NCBI GenBank assembly: GCA_963843845.1
Contig: CAWJMB010000002.1
Location: 1,312,001 to 1,376,000 of the forward strand
DNA length: 64,000 bases
Reading direction: 5' to 3'
Source of the DNA: an uncultured Gemmatimonadaceae bacterium
GTDB taxonomy: Bacteria; Gemmatimonadota; Gemmatimonadetes; Gemmatimonadales; Gemmatimonadaceae
Shown: piece by piece, positions 20,624-29,948 of the stretch
Numbering within the stretch: the stretch's first letter is position 1
Layout of the letters: each line of letters begins with the position of its first letter
Program-made: the position numbers and the translations under genes
Notes under the pieces: model-generated
Told to the model about the DNA's origin: nothing
Seen by the model: only the letters and a program-made list of their open reading frames with translations
Databases searched by the model: none

Positions 20624-22211
20624 CTAACGGCGAGCCGCGGTGCGCAACGGGGGGGCGCTGGCCGGCGGGCGGCGGTGGTGCGTCGCCTGCTCGTAGTCGT
20701 AGGCGAGCGCGAAGAGGCGCCCCTCGCTCCACGCGCGGCCGAAGAACGTCATCCCCGCTGGCAGCGCCTCGCCGTTGGGCGAGCGCGTCCACCCCATCGG
20801 CACCGTGATCGCCGGAAAGCCGGTCTGCGGCGAGAAGAGCTGGCTGTTGTCGCCGGCGGGGGTGTTCAGATCGCCGATGAGCGCGGCGGATTGCTCCACG
20901 TCGGGTAGACCAGCGCGTCGAGGCGCAGCGAGTCCATGAGCGCCATGACGGCCACGCGCAGCGCGGCGCGCGACGCCGCTCGCGCCGCGCGCATCCCGGG
21001 CTCTGCTCGGGCGGCTCCGTCACCGCGCGCCGCGTCGCGCAGCCGGAGCTCGACGGTCGGGTGGAAGCGCGCGGCGACCGCAGCACCTCGTCGACGCGTC
21101 GTGACCGGGCGCGTTCGGCCCGCGCGTCGGCGAGGTAGCGCTCGAGGTCGGCCTTGAAGCGGTTGCAGCCGCCGCGCTGCGGCGCGAGGATCGCGTCGAG
21201 CGAATCGACGCGCGCCGTGTCGAGACGACGGCGCCGGCCGCGCCGCAGATCGCGCCACCGCGCGCGCGAACGCGCGCGAGCGACCGCCGAGTCGGCGACG
21301 GGCGCTCGTACGCCTGGCGCAGCACGCCGATGCGTGCGCCCTTGAGTCCGCCGGCGACGAGGACGCGCGGTAGTCGACGCCGCGCGCTCGCGTCGGCCTG
21401 CGCGTCACCGAGTCGGCCGGATCGGCGCCGGCGACGACCTGGAACACGGCCACCGCGTCGGCGACGGTGCGCGCCATCGGGCCGGCGACGTCGGCCGACG
21501 CGTTGAGCGGCACGACGCCGGCGCGCGACGTGAGCCCCATCGTCGAGCGGATGCCGACGAGCGCCTGGTACGACGACGGCCCGCGGATCGAGTTGCCGGT
21601 GTCGGTGCCTAACCCCACCTCGCCGAGGTTCGCCGCGACCGCCGCCGCCGTGCCGCCGCTCGAGCCGGCGGTCACGCGGTCGAGCGCGTACGGGTTGCGC
21701 GTGTAGCCGGGCAGGATCGAGCTCACCGTCTCGTAGCGGCGTGAACGCCCACTCCGCGAGATTCGACTTCGCCAGCACGATCGCGCCGGCCTCACGCGAT
21801 CCGCCGACCATCGTCGCGTCCTGCGGCGGCCGCCACCCGGCGAGCGCGAGCGACCCCGCCGTCGTCGGGCAGGTCCGTCGTCTCGAAGTTGTCCTTCACG
21901 ATCATCGGCACGCAGTGCAGCGGCCCCGCGGGCCCCTCGCGCGCGAACCGCCGGTCGAGCGAGTCGGCGACCGCGAGCGCCTGCGGGTTGACGACGACGA
22001 GCGCGTTCAGCGCGGGCCCGCGCTTGATCGTATGCCGCGATGCGCGCGAGATAGCCTGTACGAGCGCGCGGCAGGTGAGCGTCCGCGCTCGCATCGCCGC
22101 GTGCACGGCGGCGATCGTCGTCTCCTCCACTCGGACGCGCTGCGCGTGCGTCGCGACCGGCATCGCCGTCGGAAGCAGTGCCACGATGCTACGAAGGATC
22201 AGGCGGTGCAT
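20624..22211 (-). CDS. Secreted amidase-signature family enzyme; apparent frameshifts
   Basis: Signal peptide; [51 protein letters not shown]. Confidence 0.88.
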
Positions 22212-22270
22212 GGGCTCGATTGAAGGAACGTTCGAAGATGCTCAGGATGCGGTGGTCCCGACGGCACGAC

Positions 22271-22936
22271 TCACGGCCGGAACGTCACCGACCTCGTCTC
22301 GTAGTGCCGCGTCTCGCTGCCTAACAGTCGGACGGTCAGCGTGCGAAGCCCCCGTCCGATCGCCGTGCCCGGATTCCGCTCGCCGCGCACCGTCGGACGC
22401 AGCTCGCCGCGCAGCCACCGCTGGACCTCGTCCAGATCGCTCACCGACAGCGCCTCGACGTCTGCCGTCGCACTGTAGTACGAGCGTCGCCCTTTCGGGG
22501 CGGCGATCGGCACACGGTACGGCCGCTCCGCCGCGATCGCCGCGTCCGAGCGCGCCGTGAACTCGCCGAGCGGCGTCACCTGCTCGCCGACGATCCGTGC
22601 GACCGCGTACGTGCCGCGTAGCGGGTCGTAGCGCAGCACGACGTCCCATTCGCGTGCCCCGCGCAGGTCGTCGAACCACCGCGCTGCCGCCCAGAGCTCG
22701 ACACGGAAGTGAATGCGCAGTGGAAAGCCGTGCTGCAGCAGCTCGCGCAGCTCGCGCTCCTCGACGACGCCGTAGACGCGCGCCAGGGGGCCTTCCGACG
22801 ACAGGGCCGACGCTTCCGGAAGCCGCACCTCGAGCCCGGCGCGCGCCTGCGCCCACGCGGCGAGCGGCGCCAGCGTCGCGACGATCGCCCACCGCGCGAG
22901 CAGCCGACGCGATCCACGCCGAGGGCGAGCGAACAT
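22271..22936 (-). CDS. Exported protein, DUF4390-like
   Basis: Signal peptide; LRELLQHGFPLRIHFRVELW..RWFDD...LRYDPLRGTY resembles the DUF4390 pattern as I recall it. Confidence 0.6.
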   Translation of the reverse strand: MFARPRRGSRRLLARWAIVATLAPLAAWAQARAGLEVRLPEASALSSEGPLARVYGVVEERELRELLQHGFPLRIHFRVELWAAARWFDDLRGAREWDVVLRYDPLRGTYAVARIVGEQVTPLGEFTARSDAAIAAERPYRVPIAAPKGRRSYYSATADVEALSVSDLDEVQRWLRGELRPTVRGERNPGTAIGRGLRTLTVRLLGSETRHYETRSVTFRP

Positions 22937-22952
22937 CAGCGATGCGGCGCGG

Positions 22953-24743
22953 TCAGAACCGTCGCCGCACGCGCAGCAGCACGTTCGCCGACTGGCTCGG
23001 GCGCGTGATCGATTTCGCGACGTAGAGACCGACGCTGACGACGTCCGAACGCCCGCCGCTCCCGAAGTCGATTCCGGCGCCGACGTCCGCGAGGTACGTG
23101 TTCAGGGGGGGCGCGCTGCGGTACACGCGGTCGGTCTCCGGCTCGCCGACGAGCCACCCGCGCCCCGCGTCCGCGAACAGCACCCAGTCGGTGCGGAGCG
23201 GCACGCGCGCGAGCAGGCGATCGAGCGGCAGGTCGAGATGGATCGGTCCGCGCCCTTCGATCTGCGCGAGCGCGAACCGCTCGCACTGGGCCGGCGCGCC
23301 TGACGTCTGGATGCCGAGCACCGCGCAGGTGCCGCGGTCCGACCCGAGCGACGTCGGCCGGCGAAAGTCGAACCCGGGAAGCCCTCCCGGCCCCGTCACC
23401 GAGAAGCGCCGCTGCAGCGGAAGTGGATCGCCGCCCGATCGTCCGCCCGCGACGAGCCGCAGGTTGACCTGCACCTCGGTCGACAGGCGATTGTAGCGCC
23501 GCACGTCGAGCAGGCCGCGCGTGTAGCTCCGCCGCCCGGGCCGCGTATCGCGCGTTCCCGGCAGCGGCTCGGCGGAGAGGATCGGCGAGACGTCGGCGGA
23601 CACGGGGCCGAACGACGCGATCGTGCCGCGCCCGTGTTCGACGTCCGCGTCGACGTACCACCCGGCCCAGGGCGTCGACGCGTCGGTGCGCGTATCGAGA
23701 TGCACCGCGGCGGACGCGATGTGCATCGTCCCTTCATCCATCCGCGGATTGGCGCGCCACGCCGCCCCGTTGCGGAAGATCGAGAACGGATCGCGCGTCG
23801 GCGCGTTGCTCCACCGCTCGTCGGCGTACGAGAGCGTGACGCTCCGCGTCGCCCCGCGGTACAGCGTCGCGAACAGGCTGCCGCCGTGTCGCGTGTAGTA
23901 GTCGCGGTAGTCGCGGCGCGAGACGAGCGACGCGAGCCCGACCTCCGCGTCGCCGAGCTGCCAGCGCTCGACCGGGGCGATCTCGTCGTAGAGCCGGCCG
24001 CCCAGCTCGACGCCGCGGCGCCGTCCGAGGCGCACGGCGCCACGCACCGAGTGACCGATCGTCGCGCCGTCGGCGTCGAAGGCGCCCGCCGTGCGGTAGA
24101 TGAGTAACGCGTCCACGTTCGCCTCCACCGCGCCGACCGTCGTCGCCAGCGTCGGTCCCACCTCGATCGGAAGCCCTTCGACGCGGTTGTACGTGCGCGC
24201 CGTCGTCACGCGGATGCCGACGCCGTTGTCCGGCGCCAGCCGGCGCGGCCACGGCCACCACTTCGCCGTGCCACCCGCCTCGGGCTCGTCGGCGACGAGC
24301 TGCTCGCCGTCGCGCCGGAAGTACAGCACCTGACGGTAGATCCGCAGCTCCCCGCCGATCGACGCCTGTCCGCGACCGTCGACGACGCCGCCGACGATGA
24401 TCACATCGCCACCGACGCGCGCCGGGCGCGTGAACGTGAGATCCGCGTTGATGACCAGCACCCGACCGGTCACACGCCCCGCGATCGTCGCCGGCCCGCC
24501 GAGGATGGCGACGTCGCCGACGATCGAGTCGCTCGCCGCGAGATCGAACGCGCCGACGACGCGCCGCGTCGTGCTCGCGTTGTACAGCTCGACGACGCGC
24601 GCCGTCACCTCGCGCGGCAGCGACGGTCCGTCGCTCGTATCGCGCGGTGCGCCGGTCTGCGCAGCGACGCGTCCGACAGGGACGGCGAGTGCCGCGGCGA
24701 GCGCACACGCGGCGAGCGCGCACGCGGCGAGACGTCGGATCAT
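22953..24743 (-). CDS. Outer-membrane protein: N-terminal beta-helix-like repeats + C-terminal Omp85-like beta-barrel
   Basis: Signal peptide; GDVAILGG/GRVLVINA/GDVIIVGG repeats; LFADAGRGW, ADVGAGIDF; terminal Phe. Confidence 0.65.
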   Translation of the reverse strand: MIRRLAACALAACALAAALAVPVGRVAAQTGAPRDTSDGPSLPREVTARVVELYNASTTRRVVGAFDLAASDSIVGDVAILGGPATIAGRVTGRVLVINADLTFTRPARVGGDVIIVGGVVDGRGQASIGGELRIYRQVLYFRRDGEQLVADEPEAGGTAKWWPWPRRLAPDNGVGIRVTTARTYNRVEGLPIEVGPTLATTVGAVEANVDALLIYRTAGAFDADGATIGHSVRGAVRLGRRRGVELGGRLYDEIAPVERWQLGDAEVGLASLVSRRDYRDYYTRHGGSLFATLYRGATRSVTLSYADERWSNAPTRDPFSIFRNGAAWRANPRMDEGTMHIASAAVHLDTRTDASTPWAGWYVDADVEHGRGTIASFGPVSADVSPILSAEPLPGTRDTRPGRRSYTRGLLDVRRYNRLSTEVQVNLRLVAGGRSGGDPLPLQRRFSVTGPGGLPGFDFRRPTSLGSDRGTCAVLGIQTSGAPAQCERFALAQIEGRGPIHLDLPLDRLLARVPLRTDWVLFADAGRGWLVGEPETDRVYRSAPPLNTYLADVGAGIDFGSGGRSDVVSVGLYVAKSITRPSQSANVLLRVRRRF

Positions 24744-24812
24744 GACTCCGTGGGTCGACGATGACGTGCCCGCACTCGCGGGCGCCGCGGTCGCAGGCAG
24801 GACGTTCCTATC

Positions 24813-26192
24813 TTAATTGCCGCCGATGCCCAACCGCCGCATCCGCCGATACAGGCTCGGCCGATCGGTCTGCAGGCGGCGCGCGGCCTCCGCGACGTTC
24901 CCGGTCGCGACGGCGAGCGCGCGGACGATGAGCGTGCGCTCGTACTCGTCGAGCGCGTCGGCGAGCGGCACCTCCGCTCCCGCGGCGGCCGCCGCGGACA
25001 GCGCTTCTTCACGAACCGCACTCCGCCCGTCGAGCGGCACTACCTGGCGAACGCGCTGCTCGTCGATCGTCTCGCCGCTGTGCAGAATCGCCAGCCGCTC
25101 GATGATGTTCGCCAGCTCGCGCACGTTCCCCGGCCACCGGTACTGCGTCAGTGCGCGGACGCCCCCCTCGCTCCAGACCGGCGCCGGCCGCCCCGAGCGC
25201 GTGCGATACAGGGCGGAGAAGTGCTGCACGAGCGCCGGCACGTCGTCGAGGCGGTCGCGGAGCGGCGGCAGCGCGATCGGCATGACGTCCAGGCGGAAGA
25301 GGAGATCTTCGCGGAACGTGCCCTCGGTGACGCAGCGCGCGAGCTCCTTGTTCGTCGCGGCCACGACGCGCACGTCGATGCGAACGGGCCGACCTCCGCC
25401 GACGCGCTCGATCTCCTTCGCCTCGAGCGCGCGCAGCAGCTTCGCCTGCGCCTCCAGGCCGAGATCGCCGACCTCGTCGAGCAGCAGCGTCCCGCCCGTC
25501 GCCAGCTCGAAGCGCCCGATACGCCGGTCGGTCGCGCCGGTGAACGCTCCACGCTCGTGGCCGAACATCTCGCTCTCGACGAGATCGCGCGGGATCGCGG
25601 CGCAGTTCACGCGGACGAAGGGCCGGTCCCGCCGCGCGCTCGCCGCGTGAATCGCCGCGGCGGCGAGCTCCTTCCCCGTGCCGCTCTCGCCGGTGATGAG
25701 CACGCGCGCATCCGTCGGGGCGACTCTGCCTAACAGATCGCGCACGGCGCGCATCGGCGCACTCTCGCCGACCATCGCGCCGTTCAGCCCGAGGTCCTCG
25801 CGCAGCGCCCGCGCCGCGCGACGCGCCTGCCGCAGCTCGAGCGCCGAGGCGAGCGCGAGCAGCACCCCCTCCGGCGTGAGCGGCTTCTCGAGGAAGGTGA
25901 ACGCGCCGAGCTTGGTGGCGCGCACCGCATCGGCGAGCCCGGCACGCCCGCTCATCATGACGACGGGCAGCTCGGGAAACTGCTCGCGCAGCTTCGCCAG
26001 GACGCCGATCCCGTCGAGCTCTCCGGGCATCATGAGGTCGAGCAGCACCACGTCCGGCTCGGCCGCCACGGCCTGCGCGACGCCGGCCGGGCCATCGGCC
26101 GCGTCGCGCACCTCGTACCCCTCGCCCACGAGCAGCGCACCGACCATCCGCCGGATGTTCGGCTCGTCGTCGACGAGCAGGACGCTCGGCAT
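24813..26192 (-). CDS. Sigma-54-dependent response regulator (NtrC/NtrX family)
   Basis: Receiver VLLVDDE/LLDLMMP/FLEKP; GESGTGKE, intact GAFTGA, LLLDEV, WPGNVREL; Fis-type HTH. Confidence 0.95.
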   Translation of the reverse strand: MPSVLLVDDEPNIRRMVGALLVGEGYEVRDAADGPAGVAQAVAAEPDVVLLDLMMPGELDGIGVLAKLREQFPELPVVMMSGRAGLADAVRATKLGAFTFLEKPLTPEGVLLALASALELRQARRAARALREDLGLNGAMVGESAPMRAVRDLLGRVAPTDARVLITGESGTGKELAAAAIHAASARRDRPFVRVNCAAIPRDLVESEMFGHERGAFTGATDRRIGRFELATGGTLLLDEVGDLGLEAQAKLLRALEAKEIERVGGGRPVRIDVRVVAATNKELARCVTEGTFREDLLFRLDVMPIALPPLRDRLDDVPALVQHFSALYRTRSGRPAPVWSEGGVRALTQYRWPGNVRELANIIERLAILHSGETIDEQRVRQVVPLDGRSAVREEALSAAAAAGAEVPLADALDEYERTLIVRALAVATGNVAEAARRLQTDRPSLYRRMRRLGIGGN

Positions 26193-26201
26193 GTGCGACG
26201 A

Positions 26202-26939
26202 TCAGCGCGGGATGGCGGCGCGTCCGACGGCGGGAGCGTTCGACAGCACTGCGTCGGTCGGCGCGGGCAGCCGCTCGGTGAGCAGCCGCGCGGAGTACCG
26301 CTGCGCCTCCGAAACACGCTCGACTTCGACGGCCATCGTCTCGATCGCCTGCTCGATGCGATCGAATCGCATGCCGAAGTCGGACGGCACTGGCGCGGCT
26401 GCTGCCGTCCGGCGGTCGATGCGCCGCCCGAGCGCGCGCGCGATCGGGAAGAGAATGATGACCGACGCGATGAGCCCGAAGATCATGCCGACGAGCGGAA
26501 CGATCTCGTCGGGAATGTCGTCGTGCGGCGGGAACGGCGGCGCCCCACCGTCGGCCACCGTGATCGCCTCCTGCCGACGATTCGCCGCCTCGGCCAACCG
26601 TCTGATCGGCTCGCTCCACGGGCCGGGGGCGAGGGTCGCCGACGGGGCATCGCCGGACTGGATGGTCGTCTGCCCGCTCTGGTCGACGGAGATCACGGTG
26701 CGCTGTCCCGACGCGTCGACGATCGTCGTCGTGCGCCCGTCGGGCGACGTTCTGATCTGCGTGCCTTCGACGGCGACGCCCGCCCGTGCCTCCTGCGCCA
26801 TCGCCGCGTCGACGTCCGCGCGCGCCTGTGCGATCGCCGCATCGGCGCGCGCGGTGCGGGCAGCCTGTCCCGCGGCCTGCGCCGCGGCCTGCGCGGGCTG
26901 AGGCGGCCGAACGACTGGGTCGTGAGCGAACGCGTTCAT
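26202..26939 (-). CDS. Single-TM hypothetical protein with C-terminal coiled coil
   Basis: ATG overlaps the kinase TGA; TM IVPLVGMIFGLIASVIILFPIA; RFDRIEQAIETMAVEVERVSEAQRY. Confidence 0.7.
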   Translation of the reverse strand: MNAFAHDPVVRPPQPAQAAAQAAGQAARTARADAAIAQARADVDAAMAQEARAGVAVEGTQIRTSPDGRTTTIVDASGQRTVISVDQSGQTTIQSGDAPSATLAPGPWSEPIRRLAEAANRRQEAITVADGGAPPFPPHDDIPDEIVPLVGMIFGLIASVIILFPIARALGRRIDRRTAAAAPVPSDFGMRFDRIEQAIETMAVEVERVSEAQRYSARLLTERLPAPTDAVLSNAPAVGRAAIPR

Positions 26940-28192
26940 GCGCTGTGACTCCACGGTGCGGTCGACGGCGGCCCGCCGACCGGAAGGATGAATCGAATCT
27001 CGGTCCCGCGGCCGAGCGCACTCACGGCGTCGACGCTCCCGCCGTGGGCGACGATCGTCTGCCGCGCGATCGCGAGCCCGAGGCCGGTGCCGTGCGGCTT
27101 GTGCGTGACGTACGGATCCCAGATGTGCGTGAGCCGGTCTTCGGCGATCCCGCAGCCGGTGTCCCGCACGGCGAGCGACACGCCGACCTGGTCGGGCACC
27201 GGCCCGCGCGTCGGCGTGACCCGCACGGCGATCGCGCCGCCGTTCGCGCACGCATCCACCGCGTTCAGCAGCACGTTCGAGAGCGCGCGCGCGAGCGCGT
27301 CGTGGTGCCCGCGGACGAGCGGCGTGTCGTCGGCGACCTCGACGCCGATGGCGATCGTCGACGGCACGGTGGAGCGCACGACCGAGCGTGCCAGCTCGCC
27401 GACGTCGATCTCCGACGCGGCGCCGTCCGGCAACCGTCCGAACTGCGCGAAGCTGCGCGCCATCGCGTCGAGCCGTGCCGTCTCCGCGGCGAGCACGTCG
27501 ATCGCGTCGGTCTGCGCGGGCGTCGCACCGCGTCGCAGCGAGTCGATCGCGAAGCGAATCGGCGTGAGCGGGTTCTTGAGCTCGTGCGCGACGCGCCGCG
27601 CCGTCTCGCGAAACGCTTCGGCGCGCTCCGCCTCGAGCGCCTGCGCGCGCCCGCGCGCCAGCTCGCGCGACATCGTGCGCATGCGCAGGCGGAGCGTCCC
27701 GAACTCGGGCGCGCCGCGCGGCTCCGGCTCGTCGGGCACCGGCTTGCCGGCCTGCACGAGCGCGGTCCACCGCACGAGCTGGTCGATCGGACGACTGAGC
27801 TGCCGGCTGAGATGCCCCGCCACGCGCGACGCGATCACGGTGAGCGCCACGAGCGCCACGAGCCCCGTCGCGAGCACGACGCGCCCGACGCGCGGCGCGA
27901 CGAAGCTGTACCGCCGCGACAGCTCGAGCGACCCGCGCAGCTCCTGCTCATGCGCGTCGAGCGCGCGCCGCTCGGCCGCGGACAGCGGCTGCGCGGACGC
28001 CGACCGCGAGCGCACGACGTCGATCGCGTCCGCTCCCGTCGCGGCCGCGCGCTCCCACGCCGCACTGCCGCCGAGGAGCGACAGTGCCTGCGTCACCGTG
28101 CCCGACCACAGCATCGTCAGCAGCACCGAGGGGCATACGGCGAAGAGCAGCAGAATGGTGAAGAGGCGCGAGCGGAACCGGGGACGCGTCAC
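26936..28192 (-). CDS. HAMP-domain sensor histidine kinase (NtrY-like H box)
   Basis: 2 TM + [45 protein letters not shown]. Confidence 0.93.
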   Translation of the reverse strand: MTRPRFRSRLFTILLLFAVCPSVLLTMLWSGTVTQALSLLGGSAAWERAAATGADAIDVVRSRSASAQPLSAAERRALDAHEQELRGSLELSRRYSFVAPRVGRVVLATGLVALVALTVIASRVAGHLSRQLSRPIDQLVRWTALVQAGKPVPDEPEPRGAPEFGTLRLRMRTMSRELARGRAQALEAERAEAFRETARRVAHELKNPLTPIRFAIDSLRRGATPAQTDAIDVLAAETARLDAMARSFAQFGRLPDGAASEIDVGELARSVVRSTVPSTIAIGVEVADDTPLVRGHHDALARALSNVLLNAVDACANGGAIAVRVTPTRGPVPDQVGVSLAVRDTGCGIAEDRLTHIWDPYVTHKPHGTGLGLAIARQTIVAHGGSVDAVSALGRGTEIRFILPVGGPPSTAPWSHSA

Positions 28193-28335
28193 TGGAGCGA
28201 CGTACGGGGCGCGGAGGAGAGCGGTTTCGTCAAGCTAACCCGCACCGATATGCGCCTCTACGGCCCTCTACCTTGCGTTCCTGGCAGCACTTAGCTTGCG
28301 CGCCAGATGATTCCGCACGTTCGCTGACTGACCTG

Positions 28336-29948
28336 ATGGCCGAGCCCTGGACGCTGGCCCAGCTCTTCGCGCGCCGCGCCCATGAGCACCCGGAGCGCGT
28401 CGCGGTCGTCGCCACCGCCGGTCGTCCGCTCACCTACACGCAGCTCGACCGGCAGGCGACCGCGCTGGCGGCGGCACTCACGGATCTCGGGATCGGTGCC
28501 GGCGATCGCATGGCGATCAACCTCCCGAACGGCGCCGAGTGGCTCGTCGCCCTGCTCGCCGCCGCCAAGCTCGGCGCGGTCGTCGTGCCGCTCAGTCTGC
28601 GGTTGAACGTGCACGAGCTGAAGTACCAGCTGCGGCACGCCGAAGTCTCGTGCGTCGTCACGATCGAGCGCCACGACGATGTCGACTTCCTGCAGCGTGT
28701 TCGAGCAGCTCCTCGCCGAGTTGCCCGACCTGCAGTACGTGGTCACGGTCGGCGACGAAGAGTTGTGGTACGACGATCGGATCTTCCAGTTCGAAGATCT
28801 GCTCTCGAAGGGCACGGGGCGGACGGTGCCCACGCCGTCGCGAGTCGGGACGACGAGGATCTCGCGCTGCTCTACACGTCGGGCACGATGGGCAAGCCGA
28901 AAGGGGTGCGCCTGAGTCACCGCGGCGTGCTCGAGACGGCGGTGCAGACGGCTGCGGCGCTGGAGTGCGACCCGACGGATCGCGTGCTCGCCGCGGTCCC
29001 GCTGTTCGCGAGCTTCGGCTTCAGCGTCGCCGTCGGCGTGCTCGTCGTCGGCGCGACGCTCGTCATGCAGCCGGACTTCGAGGCGGGCGAGATGCTGCGC
29101 CTCATCGAGCGCGAGCGCGTCACGGTGCTGCAAGGCGTGCCGACGATGTTTCACCTCCTCATGCGCGAGCCGGGCTTCGACCCGGCTCGGCTGCGCGCGG
29201 CGGGGCTCCGCTCGGGCATCATCGCCGGCAGCCCGGTGAGCGAGGAGCTCGTCCGTCGCATCCGCCGCTGGTGCGACGTGCAGGTGGCCTACGGCCTCAC
29301 GGAGACCGGTCCGGCCGTCACGATCACGCGCTTCACCGATTCGATCGAGAAGCGCGGCTCTACCGTGGGGCGCCCGCTGCCCGGCGTGGAGCTTCGTGGC
29401 GGTGGACCTGCTCACGGGTGCGCTGCACGGCCCGCCGAGGCCGTCGGCGAGATCGCGGTCCGCGGCCCGGGCCTCATGCGCGGCTACGCGCGGATGCCGG
29501 CGGAGACGGCGCGATCGTTCACGCCCGACGGGTTCTTTCTCACCGGCGACTCGGCATCATCGACGAGGAAGGGTATCTCCGGATCGTCGGGCGGCGAAAG
29601 GAGATGATCTTGCGCGGCGGCTTCCAGATCGTTCCCCGCGAAGTGGAAGACCGGCTGCGCGCGCATCCGGCGGTCGACGACGTGTGCGTGATCGGGGTTC
29701 CCCACGACGTGCTCGGGGAGCTGATCTGCGCTTGCATCGTGCCCGTCGAAGGGGCCGTCATCACGGGAAGCGAGTTGAAGGACTTCGCCCGCGACACGAT
29801 GGCCGACGCCAAGGTCCCCGATCTCGTGCGCTTCTTTGACACGTTCCCGATGACCGGGAGCGGCAAGGTGAAGCGCCGAGAGCTCGAGCGCACACTCGCG
29901 CTCGACCACACCACCGCGACTGCTCCTTCAGCTCCCAGCGCTCCATGA
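28336..29948 (+). CDS. Class I adenylate-forming enzyme (acyl-CoA synthetase); apparent frameshifts
   Basis: [39 protein letters not shown]. Confidence 0.9.

Noticed and set aside
12479..22211. Programmed frameshifting or true pseudogenes
   Set aside because: Several indels per gene with no slippery-site pattern, intact catalytic motifs and regional clustering point to sequencing error
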